From NCBI GenBank assembly GCA_040005235.1, contig JBDTZG010000012.1, positions 32,001 through 96,000 on the forward strand: DNA of 64,000 nucleotides. The letters run 5' to 3'. The DNA comes from Acidobacteriota bacterium (GTDB taxonomy: Bacteria > Acidobacteriota > Thermoanaerobaculia > Multivoradales > UBA5704). How positions within the stretch are numbered: position 1 is the stretch's first letter; each line of letters begins with the position of its first letter. The position numbers were made by a program, and so were the translations under genes. Positions 54,931 to 64,000 of this stretch are shown here, piece after piece. Under the pieces are notes generated by a model. That model had not been told where the DNA came from. It did not search any database and was given only the letters and a program-made list of their open reading frames with translations.

Positions 54931-56211
54931 GTGCATCCCCCCGCCTCCCCTCCACCGAAACCCAAGCCGCCCACGGAGCCCTCTTCCGAGCGCCTGCGCG
55001 AAGCGCTCCGCCTGCTCGCAGCGGAGGCCGAAGCGCGGATCGCCCGCCATCCGGGCGGCCACCTGGTCGCGGGGCGCGGCGACAGCCTCGCGGTCGCTCT
55101 GCGCATTCCCTCCGACCTGCGCGACGGCCGGCTGGAGCCGGCAATCCGGGCCGCCGACGAGGCGCTCGACGACGCGCTCGGCGATCTCGTGCGCGAACGG
55201 AGCGTCTTCCGGCCGGGCCGGGCGTTCTGCCTGCGCTGCAGCTCGCCCGATTGCGTCCACGCCGCGGCGCCCGAGCCGCGCCAGGTGTTCGCCGGCTATG
55301 GTCCGACGGGGTTGCCCCGTTATCTCGATTTCGGCCAATTGCTCCTAGAGCGGCGCGATCCGCGGGTCGAGACGCTGTTCAAGGACACTCCCGGCCTGGT
55401 GGCGCTCACCCTCGGCGAAGCGGACCTCTGCGCCGCGCTCGCCGCGCCGTTCCAGAAGCGGGAGGACGGCTTCCGCTTGCTCGGCCAAGTGGCCGCCGGC
55501 TGGTTCCGGGTCCGCGCGGATTCCGGCGTCGCGGTACCGTTCGCGATCGCGTTCCAAATCCTGTCGGTGCGGGCGAAGAGAGGCCGCCGCAGCCTGGTCC
55601 TGAACGTCCTCGGCACGGCGCCCGGCGGCGGGCCGCTCGAAGCGCTTTACGATCGGCTGGGCAACATCCCCTGGCTCGACGCCGTCCGCTGGGCTCAGAC
55701 CGCGTTGGCGAGCGTCGAGCGGAGCTTGGACGCCCCGCCGCAGGCCCGCCGGCCGGGGAGCAAACCCGGCGCGGGCAATGCCGCGGGAAAAAGCGCGGGA
55801 AACGGATCGGCCCCCGCGCGCGCCTTGGAGCTGGCGCCGCGCCGCCTTCAAGGGATCTTGGACGGCCTCGCGCATCGGCTGGAAAAAGACCGCCGCGGCC
55901 AGGACCGGCGAACCCAGCACGCCGAGATCCGCCGCGCGGAAGGAGATCGCCCGACCGGCATGGCGCTCGCCGATCTCGCCCGCGCGTCGGCACACGAGGT
56001 GCTGGCCGACGTCCAACGCGACACTCTGGTCGTCCTGGGCGAAAAAGGCCGCGCCCACGTTTTCAACCGAGAAGGGCGTCACGTCACGTCGATCCGCTTT
56101 ACCCAAGTGGCCCTGGACAAGCGCCGCGCCCGCGGGCTCTGGCGCCCGGCGCGTCCCGACGAAATCGCCGCGCTGCTCACGGCGGTCAAGACCGCGGGAA
56201 TGTCACCCTAG
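54931..56211 (+). CDS. Hypothetical protein with a CxxC-x4-CxH metal-binding motif
   Basis: FCLRCSSPDCVH; long ORF; start uncertain. Confidence 0.7.
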   Translation: MHPPASPPPKPKPPTEPSSERLREALRLLAAEAEARIARHPGGHLVAGRGDSLAVALRIPSDLRDGRLEPAIRAADEALDDALGDLVRERSVFRPGRAFCLRCSSPDCVHAAAPEPRQVFAGYGPTGLPRYLDFGQLLLERRDPRVETLFKDTPGLVALTLGEADLCAALAAPFQKREDGFRLLGQVAAGWFRVRADSGVAVPFAIAFQILSVRAKRGRRSLVLNVLGTAPGGGPLEALYDRLGNIPWLDAVRWAQTALASVERSLDAPPQARRPGSKPGAGNAAGKSAGNGSAPARALELAPRRLQGILDGLAHRLEKDRRGQDRRTQHAEIRRAEGDRPTGMALADLARASAHEVLADVQRDTLVVLGEKGRAHVFNREGRHVTSIRFTQVALDKRRARGLWRPARPDEIAALLTAVKTAGMSP

Positions 56212-56225
56212 GGGCCGGGCCGGCC

Positions 56226-56573
56226 CTACACCAGGACGCTCTCGATCCAACTCTCCAGGCGGGTCTGACCCAGACCTTCGACGTCGATAAATTCGAGCCC
56301 CATGCCGCGCGGGCGGAACCAGCGCCGGACCCAACGAACGACGGCGCGGGCATGGACCGGCTCTCCCCGCTCGTCCGCCTCGACGAAGAAATCGAGATCG
56401 ACCAGCGCCCCCTTGGGCAGCGGCCGGCGGGTCTCCAAGAACAGACCGCCGATCGACAGATCGCGGGCGATGCCGTCCAGATACTCCCGGGTCGCCCGTT
56501 CCACCTGGACGCCGGAGTACAAAACTCTTACTCCGCCCGCGACGCGGCGGTATTTTCTGCGGTCTCTGCCCAT
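56226..56573 (-). CDS. Single-domain PilZ protein
   Basis: DRRKYRR (RxxxR) and DLSIGG motifs; GMGLEF. Confidence 0.85.
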   Translation of the reverse strand: MGRDRRKYRRVAGGVRVLYSGVQVERATREYLDGIARDLSIGGLFLETRRPLPKGALVDLDFFVEADERGEPVHARAVVRWVRRWFRPRGMGLEFIDVEGLGQTRLESWIESVLV

Positions 56574-56673
56574 TCTTAAGCTCGGTTAGTTCTTCGGATG
56601 GCCTCAGGCAAGGATAGTCGAAATCGAATCCGCCGAGAGCCGGCCGTTCGGGTTTCGACTACCATCTCCCCGC

Positions 56674-57396
56674 ATGACATCCGATCAACTCATCCTCGGC
56701 CTCACTTGGTTCGTGGTCTTCCTGTTTTCGACCACGCTGCACGAGGCGGGCCATGCTCTCGCCGCGTACTGGATGGGCGATCCCACGGCGTACCACGGCG
56801 GCCAGGTGAGCTTGAACCCGTGGCCGCACATCCGCCGCGCTCCGTTCGGCATGGTGGTGGCCCCACTGGCCTCGCTGCTCCTTTCCAAGGGTCAGTCGCT
56901 GATCGGCTGGGCCTCCGCTCCGTACGATCCCCACTGGGCCGCGAGCCACCACCGCCGCGCCGCGGTCATGGCAGCCGCCGGACCCGCGGCGAACCTGGTG
57001 CTCGTACTGCTGTCCGGCGCCGCGATCCGGATCGGTTACCTCCAGGGGATTTTCGCCGTGCCCGATCAGGTGACGTACGACCGGCTGACCGAAGCCGCCG
57101 TTCAAGGGAGCCTGGCCGGGGCGTTCGCCGTGCCTCTGTCCATTTTTTTCACCCTCAACATCCTGCTGTTCGTGTTCAACCTTCTTCCGCTTCCGCCGCT
57201 CGACGGCAGCGCTCTTCCGCCGCTGTTCATGTCGGACAAGATGGCGGAAACTTACCTCGATTTTCTTCACCAGCCCCAGCTCGCGCTCGTCGGCATGATG
57301 GTCGCGTGGCAGATCTTCAGTCCGCTTTTTACCCCGATCATCCGCTTCGCGATCAACCACCTCTATCCGGGCGTCATCTACACCTTTCCCGCCTGA
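56674..57396 (+). CDS. Site-2 protease (M50)
   Basis: HEAGH, AGPAAN, FNLLPLPPLDG. Confidence 0.92.
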   Translation: MTSDQLILGLTWFVVFLFSTTLHEAGHALAAYWMGDPTAYHGGQVSLNPWPHIRRAPFGMVVAPLASLLLSKGQSLIGWASAPYDPHWAASHHRRAAVMAAAGPAANLVLVLLSGAAIRIGYLQGIFAVPDQVTYDRLTEAAVQGSLAGAFAVPLSIFFTLNILLFVFNLLPLPPLDGSALPPLFMSDKMAETYLDFLHQPQLALVGMMVAWQIFSPLFTPIIRFAINHLYPGVIYTFPA

Positions 57397-57405
57397 AGGC
57401 CGCCG

Positions 57406-58479
57406 ATGCTCAAGAAACTCGCCCTGACGTTCGTCGCCCTCGCGATCTCACTGCTCGCCGCCGAGCTGATGCTGCGCCTGGTCGGCGCCGCCCCCAAGAT
57501 CTACCCGATCGAACGCGGCCGGTTCCGCCTGGCGAGGAATCCCAAGATCGGCTACGAGCCCGCGCCGGTCAATTACCGCGGCGACGGATCGAAACCCGGC
57601 ACCCCCGCGAAGAACCCAGCGAACCCGCCACTCCCTCCCAACACCGAAGGGCAACTGGCGTTTTACGACTACCTCGGCGCCAGCAACCGGCTCGGCTTTC
57701 GCGACGTCGACCACGAAGTGGCCAAGCCTCCCGGCGTCTATCGGATCGTGGTGATCGGCGACAGCATCGCGGCAGGCCTGAAGGTCGATCGCTTCGAGGA
57801 CACCTTCCCGTCGATCCTCGGCGAAGAGCTGCGAGCGAAAGGCGTGAAGGCCGAAGTGATCAGCCTAGCGGTCTCCGGCTATAACACCCAACAAGAGGTC
57901 GAGACGCTGCGCGAAAAGGGCCTCCAATACCAACCCGATCTCGTGCTGCTCTCATACTCCCTTTCCTCCCGAGAGCACATCGACGGCGACATCTACAAGA
58001 CCCTGCTCGAAGAAGAGCAGCACCAGGGCGGAGTCTCGAGCGCCCGCACCAATCCCTACCTGGTCAACAGCGCCCTCTACCGCTTCTTCCGCTATCGGGT
58101 CTTCCCGCCCCACCACGGCCCGCCCGACCCCAAACGGGTCGAACAGTTCCTCGCCGACGTCTCCACCGACCGCGTGGCCGAATACTTCGGAGTCCTCGAC
58201 GACCTCGCCCAAAAGAACGGCTTTCAGGTCCTGGTCGCCGTCTTCCCCCGCTTCACCAAAAACTTCCACGCCTACCCCCTCGGCGAGCAGCACGCCTACG
58301 CCAAGCGACTCGCCGACCAGCACCACTTCTACTACCTCGACCTGATCGACCCCTTCCAAGCCTGCCGCGATGCCTCCCCCGACCCGATCGAGGAGGACAA
58401 CTTCCACCCGAACGCCCGAGGGCACCGGTGCGCGGCGGAGGCTTTGGCGGGGAAGGTTTTGGGGGAGGTTCGGCGGTAG
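57406..58479 (+). CDS. Membrane-anchored SGNH/GDSL hydrolase
   Basis: NRLGFRD, IGDS, VSGYN, DNFHPN. Confidence 0.85.
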   Translation: MLKKLALTFVALAISLLAAELMLRLVGAAPKIYPIERGRFRLARNPKIGYEPAPVNYRGDGSKPGTPAKNPANPPLPPNTEGQLAFYDYLGASNRLGFRDVDHEVAKPPGVYRIVVIGDSIAAGLKVDRFEDTFPSILGEELRAKGVKAEVISLAVSGYNTQQEVETLREKGLQYQPDLVLLSYSLSSREHIDGDIYKTLLEEEQHQGGVSSARTNPYLVNSALYRFFRYRVFPPHHGPPDPKRVEQFLADVSTDRVAEYFGVLDDLAQKNGFQVLVAVFPRFTKNFHAYPLGEQHAYAKRLADQHHFYYLDLIDPFQACRDASPDPIEEDNFHPNARGHRCAAEALAGKVLGEVRR

Positions 58480-58689
58480 GGGGCGGGGCGCTCGGCGCAC
58501 TTTCCCGCAGCACTCCCTCCCCGGCCCCTCCCACCGCCCCCATCCCAACCCCCCCCAGCTCCAACCCACCCCCTCCCCGGGGGAATGGGCGCTGCGTTCG
58601 GCGGGGGTGGTGGGCCGGAAGGGTCGAGTTTGTGGAGCTTGGGTGGCGGGGATTGCGGCTGCGGGCGGGCGGTGTCTGGCTTTGCAGGT

Positions 58690-58983
58690 GGCTTCTGCGG
58701 ATTCGCGGAAGGCACCTGCAAATTCCCGGAGGGCATCTGCAAATTCCCGGAGGGCATCTGCAAATTCGCGGAGGACTTCTGCAAAATCGCGGAGGGCTTC
58801 CGCGGATTCGCGGGAGGCTTCTGCGGAACGGCGGATTGAATCCTCCGTAGTGCGGACCGTAAATCTCGATCGGGGTAAGGCTTCTGCGAATTGGCGGACG
58901 GTCTCCGCGAAATGGCGGATGGCTTCCTGGAATCGGAGGACCGGGGTTTCCGAACGACGGACGGCCTACTCTAATCGCGGGAA
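58690..58983. repeat. 21-nt tandem array, about 14 units, progressively degenerate
   Basis: ggcatctgcaaattcccggag-like units in exact 21-nt register from 58690. Confidence 0.85.
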
Positions 58984-59364
58984 GGCTTGGGATAAGACCG
59001 ACCCCCTCGTAGCCCACCTTCCAACCGTGAGATTCGAGCCGCGGCCGCCCGGTTCTTTCAAGCGTCCTGGCCAACTTCGACACCAAGAATCGCCCCGGAT
59101 CTCCTCGCGCTCCCTGGGTCAGCTCGGCACGAACCACGGAGGACAGCACGAGCCGCGGCGCGATCGGTACCGGGCAGTTTTGTTTGTCGGCGGCGATCAT
59201 CGATCGTGAGGCTGAGCACTCCGTTTTGGAGCGCCGAGGCCGGCGGCGCCGGAAGGCCCTGTTGCATTTTCGTGGTGTAGGACGGCGCGGCGGCATCGTG
59301 CGGCAGGACGCGGATCGGCGAATGAGAATCTCCAACCTTGACATAGGGCCTTGTCGTCAAACCC

Positions 59365-59378
59365 ATTACCGCGGTAAT
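59365..59378. promoter_or_regulatory. Palindromic autoregulatory operator of the vapBC pair
   Basis: ATTACCGCGGTAAT, 8 nt before the ATG, overlapping a likely -10. Confidence 0.6.
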
Positions 59379-59386
59379 CTGACCTC

Positions 59387-59647
59387 ATGACGATCGCGAC
59401 ATCGAAGGTGACGGCGCAAGGGCAAATCTCGGTACCTGCCGAGGTTCGGCGCAGGCTCGGTATCGGCCCGGGATCGGTCCTCGAATGGGACCAGGAAGGC
59501 GAAAAGATCCTCATTCGCCGGGCGGGACTCTACTCTTCCGAAGATCTACACCAGGCGTTGTTCGACACGCCGCCCAGGACCCGCAGCCTTGAGGAGCTGA
59601 AGGAAGGGATTCGCTCCTCGATCAAGAAACGTCATGCGCGCGGTTGA
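59387..59647 (+). CDS. vapB: AbrB/MazE-family antitoxin
   Basis: SKVTAQGQISVPAEVRRRLGI. Confidence 0.88.
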   Translation: MTIATSKVTAQGQISVPAEVRRRLGIGPGSVLEWDQEGEKILIRRAGLYSSEDLHQALFDTPPRTRSLEELKEGIRSSIKKRHARG

Positions 59648-60014
59648 TACCAACCTGTTGGTGCGGCTCATGGCGCGCGACGACGAGCGCCAAACCGCCG
59701 CGGCCGAGGTTTTCGTCACGGGCGGCGCTTGGGTGTCGCACCTCGTGCTCGTCGAGGCGATGTGGGTTCTCGGTTCCGTCTACGAACACCCTCCGGCCAA
59801 GATTGCAAAGGCTGTCGAGATTCTTCTCGCGCATCGCGATTTGGCGCTTCAGGAGCCGGAGGTCGTGGCGGCGGCCCTGGTTCGCTTCCAGCAACGGCCG
59901 AAACTCGGCTTTTCGGATTGCCTGATCCTTGAAGTCGCGCGGCGGGCAGGGCATCTCCCGCTCGGTACTTTCGATCGTGATCTCGCCAAGCAGGCAGGAA
60001 CGACGAAGCTTTGA
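59634..60014 (+). CDS. vapC: PIN-domain toxin
   Basis: VDTNLLVR, VEAMWVL, FSDCLI, TFDR. Confidence 0.9.
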   Translation: MRAVDTNLLVRLMARDDERQTAAAEVFVTGGAWVSHLVLVEAMWVLGSVYEHPPAKIAKAVEILLAHRDLALQEPEVVAAALVRFQQRPKLGFSDCLILEVARRAGHLPLGTFDRDLAKQAGTTKL

Positions 60015-60082
60015 CGGCCGCGATTGCGGCAAATGAGATCCCCTTCGCGCCGCGGTCCAATTCGGTCCTCTCGGACGATCTT

Positions 60083-60126
60083 CGCCGCTTCGGTGCCGAG
60101 CTGGTGCTCGGCGTTCCCAGGGAAAA
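60083..60126. repeat. REP family A, copy 5
   Basis: cgccgcttcggtgccgagctggtgctcggcgttcccagggaaaa. Confidence 0.85.
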
Positions 60127-60155
60127 GCAGCACCTCCGGCTATCATTCCGGTTCC

Positions 60156-60953
60156 ATGAGCGCCCCACTCCCCCGCCGCTTCGAGCGGTATGTCGCGATC
60201 GGCGATAGCTCGACGGAAGGGTTGGACGATCCGGACGGGCGAGGCGGGTATCGCGGTTGGGCGAATCGTTTGGCGGAGCGGGTGGCGGCGGTACAGGGGT
60301 CGCTGCTCTATGCCAATCTGGGGATTCGAGGGCGGCGGACGGGGCAGATTTTGGACGGGCAGCTCGATCGGGCGGCGGCGATGCGGCCGGATCTGGTGAC
60401 TTTGTTTTCCGGCACGAACGACGTGATCGCCCGGCGGTTCGATCCAGACGCGGTCGCGCGCGATGTAGAGACGATGCAGCGGAGGCTGATCGAGGGCGGG
60501 GCGACGTTGCTGACGTTCACGCTGCCGGATCTCGGGCCGGTGTTGCCGCTCGCCCGGCGGCTGGCGCCCCGAGTTCTGGCGCTCAATGCGGCGCTGCGCG
60601 AGGTCTCGGCGCGGACGGGGGCCATCCTGGTCGATTTCGCGGCGCATCCGGTGGCTTCCGACTCTCGCCTTTGGAGCGATGACCGCCTGCATGCCAATTC
60701 GCTCGGCCATGAGCGGATCGCCGCGGCACTTGCCCATGCTTTGGGGTTGCCGGGGACGGATGCGTCGTGGGCGGAGCCGCTGCCGGTTCGCCGTCCCTCA
60801 ACGCTCGGCGAACGGTTTGCCGCCGAAATCGACTGGGGGCGCCGCCACCTTCTTCCTTGGGCCTGGCGGCATCTTTGGGGGCGATCTTCCGGCGACGGGC
60901 GGACGGCGAAACGGCCGGAGTTGTCGCCGGTGGTTGCCTTGGCTCAGGAATGA
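60156..60953 (+). CDS. SGNH/GDSL hydrolase
   Basis: YVAIGDSSTEG, YANLGIRG, GTND, DRLHAN. Confidence 0.9.
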   Translation: MSAPLPRRFERYVAIGDSSTEGLDDPDGRGGYRGWANRLAERVAAVQGSLLYANLGIRGRRTGQILDGQLDRAAAMRPDLVTLFSGTNDVIARRFDPDAVARDVETMQRRLIEGGATLLTFTLPDLGPVLPLARRLAPRVLALNAALREVSARTGAILVDFAAHPVASDSRLWSDDRLHANSLGHERIAAALAHALGLPGTDASWAEPLPVRRPSTLGERFAAEIDWGRRHLLPWAWRHLWGRSSGDGRTAKRPELSPVVALAQE

Positions 60954-61150
60954 CTTCTGGCGGGTAGGTAAAGCCTACTCCCGCGGCGGCGGGTTGGTTC
61001 ACGGCGGGACCTCCCAGGGGCTGGAGTAAAAAGTCGGAGAAAAGATTCTATCGACCCGGGGAGTTGGACGGCCGCCCCCTCCCGGTTCCCGTGCGGATGT
61101 GCGCGGTCCGAAAGAGGGCGGTATTCGATTTTTGAAAAGTTCGATCGCTT

Positions 61151-61999
61151 TCAGTGAACGGCCATCGGTAACAGCTCGAGAACGGGAGAGGTCGGCAGCG
61201 GGAAAGCAGCGAAAGCTTCGCGGGCCGCGGGCAAAGCGCGAAGACCGCCCGGCAGCGACGTGGGCGAGCCCTGGATCAGCAGCCCGACCTGTTTCATCTC
61301 GCCGAGCAGGTTGCCCCAGACACCCGGGCCGGCTGGGTCCCAGCGCAGCCGCTCGTAGGCCGAGTGGGACAGGTGGCCGTAGCGGGCGTTGGGATCGAAG
61401 CTGACCCCGAGCGGGCAGGGTTCCAGTCGCGGCTGGATCCAGGTCATCTCGTGGAACGCTTCGAGCGGGTTCAAGACCATGTCCTTCATCGCGGCGAAGA
61501 AGCGGTGCAGCTCACGCAGCTGCCCTTCGTTGGACAGGCCGAAGACGGGCCACTCGGTGGGCCGCTTTTCGAGCAGCTCCCGCATCCGGCGGGTGCCGCC
61601 CAGCTCGTCGTACGGATCGCTCGCCTCGATCAGCACGTCGCGGAACCGGGTATCGACGGCCGCCAAGCCCACGGCGCAGCACATCTGGAAGTCGTGCGCC
61701 GTGACCGCATTCATGCCACCCGAGGGCCAGAGCCGGCGCACGGCCGCGAATTTCTCGTCGCAGATCGGATCGTCCACCTCGACCACCGGCCCCGAGAAAT
61801 CGTCGAACCGCGTCCGCGTGATCATCTCGTGCAGCACCATGATCTCGTAGCGGCTCAAAGGCAGCCCGTCGCCCATGAGTTTCGCCCGGAGATCCCCCAG
61901 CTCCTCGAAGCTCCGCCGCCCCGCCGCCAACTCCCAGCACTCCTGATGGTACTTCTGATTCAAAAGCAGGTAACCCAATGCACCCCAGAGTCCTTTCAT
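61151..61999 (-). CDS. Hypothetical protein
   Basis: GGAGG RBS before ATG 61999; high-GC coding pattern. Confidence 0.65.
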   Translation of the reverse strand: MKGLWGALGYLLLNQKYHQECWELAAGRRSFEELGDLRAKLMGDGLPLSRYEIMVLHEMITRTRFDDFSGPVVEVDDPICDEKFAAVRRLWPSGGMNAVTAHDFQMCCAVGLAAVDTRFRDVLIEASDPYDELGGTRRMRELLEKRPTEWPVFGLSNEGQLRELHRFFAAMKDMVLNPLEAFHEMTWIQPRLEPCPLGVSFDPNARYGHLSHSAYERLRWDPAGPGVWGNLLGEMKQVGLLIQGSPTSLPGGLRALPAAREAFAAFPLPTSPVLELLPMAVH

Positions 62000-62106
62000 G
62001 ACGACCTCCAAAAGATCCCGGTCAGCTCGATCGCCGTCGGTTCTATCTGGAGAGACGGGGGTGGATGGAATTTTCCGGGGGAAAAGGGAAAGAAGTCGAA
62101 AAGAGG

Positions 62107-64000
62107 TCACTTCTTTCTGCAAGAAGCTTCCGACGCGACCGCCTCATTCCAAATCGTCCACGGCGTGTAGAAGTCATCCACGATCAGCCCGCGTCGAGAG
62201 ACCACATCATTCAGATATGGGAGAGCTAGATCGCAGCGTTTCTGGCCGAGGTAAACGCGGGCCAAGGATAGGGAATTCTGAGGGTCATCGCGCTCTTTTC
62301 TGGCTTCAGTGATCACCTTGATTGCCTCCTCAAAATTCCCGCGACGCCAAGCGAGCTCACCTTTCAACTGTAGGTCGAAACTTCGGCTCAGCGAAGTTGT
62401 GTACTTCCCTGCAAGCTGGCTGACGATTTTGGAAAATCTAACGGCGAGAGGAATGTCGTTGACCGAGTATGCGATCAAAGCCGCATTGCGAAACAATTTG
62501 AGATTGGTCGGGATCTTTTCTTGCTCTAATATCGGCTGGAGAGCAAGTGATGCCTGGCGAAAATCTCCGGCGATAGCGAAGCACTTTGCAAATAGAATCT
62601 TGCGGATCGCCTCATTTCGGTCGAAGCCTTCCTGGAAGTCAAGACTTGATGATTTGACTAAAACTTCCTTCGCCTCGTCGACCTTGAATCGAAACATTAG
62701 TGCCTGTGCCCAAAGGAGCTGGCCATTGCTCTCGTCCTCGGAGTCATTATGCTGCGTGGCCAATGACCTAAATTCATTTTCGCCCGTTGCTTCGTCACCT
62801 GCCGCGATCGCAACCGGTCCTGCAACCCAAGGGAGGTATTTATGTGCAGGGAAGCGGCGGCGAAATTTCCCCACTTCTACCTTGGCATCCGGGTACCGCC
62901 CCGCCGCCGAAAGTGTCAACGCTAGCTCCCCTGCTCCAACAGGGTCGTCGATGTTCCCCAGTTCCCTCGCGGCCGGGAGGCCTTGGTCTGGCTGTGCAAG
63001 ATTTCTATAGAGTCCGACAATCTCTTGCAATATTCTTTCGTCTTTACCGAGTTTCTCAACCTTCTCAAAATTATCTAATGCGCCCTTGTAGTCCATGAGC
63101 TGAATCGCCAATCGACCCTTAACTTCAAGGCAGCTGGGAAGTGAAAACTCCCCGCAAAGGGAGTCCGCTTCCTTCGCGATCGTCAGAGCTGCACTGTACC
63201 GTCCAAGGCCTGACTGATACGATATTAATTTCAAGTAGACTGTTGCGTTCTTCGGATCAATCTTCTTCGCTTCATTCAACTCATTGATCGCCGCTTGCAG
63301 ATGGCCTTCTTTATGCAAGACAGCTGCTTTATCTAGATGCTCTAGTGCCTCCCTTCGGCGCAGTTCGCGAGCGACATACATCCCTACGGCAAAAATGAAC
63401 ACCGCACCAGCCACTATAAAGGCTTGGCGCATTCTCTTTCTCCGAAGCGGGCGCTCCCCCAGAAACCGCCGCAGCTCCTTCTCCATCCCCGCCTCGTCCC
63501 CCCGCTTCTCCAGATCACGATCCAATACCCGCTCGAGCGCAGCGACGAAGGACCCGGGCAGATCCTTCCGCAGCTCCTTCAACCAACGCCGCTTCCTTCC
63601 TTGATGGGCAGCCTTTAACTCGTCGAACGAGTTTCCCGTAATGGGAAACTCACCGGTCACCAAATGGAACAGCAAAACCCCAAGGGCATACAGGTCGGAA
63701 GCCGGAGAAGGCAGTTTTCCCTCGAACAGCTCTGGAGCGAGATAGAGGGGAGTTCCTGAAAGCGAAGGTTCCTCTGTATGGAGGACTGTCGCGTCACGGC
63801 CCACTCCGAAGTCGGTGAGGACGATCCGGCCGTCATTCTCGCGCACTACGTTCTGCGCTTTGACGTCGCGATGGACGATCCCCTGCGCGTGAACTGCCGC
63901 GAGGGCGCGGCAGAGGGCAATACCGATCTCGGCGGCTTCTCTGGGATCGAAGAGGCCTTTCTCTTGGAGGATCTCTGCGAGGTTCTTACCCTCCAGGAAC
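62107..64000 (-). CDS. Ser/Thr kinase, TM helix and TPR ectodomain (5' truncated by the window)
   Basis: HRDVKAQN, LTDFG, GTPLYLAPE, SDLYALG; TM FIVAGAVFIFAVGMYVA; helical repeats. Confidence 0.9.
   Translation of the reverse strand, partial: FLEGKNLAEILQEKGLFDPREAAEIGIALCRALAAVHAQGIVHRDVKAQNVVRENDGRIVLTDFGVGRDATVLHTEEPSLSGTPLYLAPELFEGKLPSPASDLYALGVLLFHLVTGEFPITGNSFDELKAAHQGRKRRWLKELRKDLPGSFVAALERVLDRDLEKRGDEAGMEKELRRFLGERPLRRKRMRQAFIVAGAVFIFAVGMYVARELRRREALEHLDKAAVLHKEGHLQAAINELNEAKKIDPKNATVYLKLISYQSGLGRYSAALTIAKEADSLCGEFSLPSCLEVKGRLAIQLMDYKGALDNFEKVEKLGKDERILQEIVGLYRNLAQPDQGLPAARELGNIDDPVGAGELALTLSAAGRYPDAKVEVGKFRRRFPAHKYLPWVAGPVAIAAGDEATGENEFRSLATQHNDSEDESNGQLLWAQALMFRFKVDEAKEVLVKSSSLDFQEGFDRNEAIRKILFAKCFAIAGDFRQASLALQPILEQEKIPTNLKLFRNAALIAYSVNDIPLAVRFSKIVSQLAGKYTTSLSRSFDLQLKGELAWRRGNFEEAIKVITEARKERDDPQNSLSLARVYLGQKRCDLALPYLNDVVSRRGLIVDDFYTPWTIWNEAVASEASCRKK

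Noticed and set aside
58690-58983. CRISPR array
   Set aside because: Contiguous tandem units without unique spacers, and no cas genes

Overview
High-GC bacterial chromosome segment; the gene content (IPTL-CTERM, Calx-beta, CHAT and HRDVKAQN-type kinase proteins) suggests Acidobacteriota, which is an inference. Housekeeping genes (rluD, ribE, ribD, ftsY, coaX, birA, valS, accC, nth, arfB) are interleaved with accessory modules. These include a CHAT-NB-ARC-TPR gene next to an orphan higA and a triple-deleted TIR-NTPase-TPR relic, a glycosyltransferase cluster, and a porin-cytochrome electron-transfer locus (decaheme MtrA/MtoA-like, MtrB-like barrel, NapC-like tetraheme, monoheme cytochrome c). 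There are also three paralogous secreted proteins behind near-identical sigma54 promoters, a vapBC pair and two REP families. The best candidate for an undescribed system is at 33166-36289: a full-length homolog of the eukaryotic O2-sensing thiol dioxygenases (plant PCO / animal ADO), translationally coupled to an unknown 416-aa protein and divergent from an ATP-grasp enzyme. No tRNA, rRNA, CRISPR array or transposase was seen. All family calls come from motif recognition by eye; no database searches were run.
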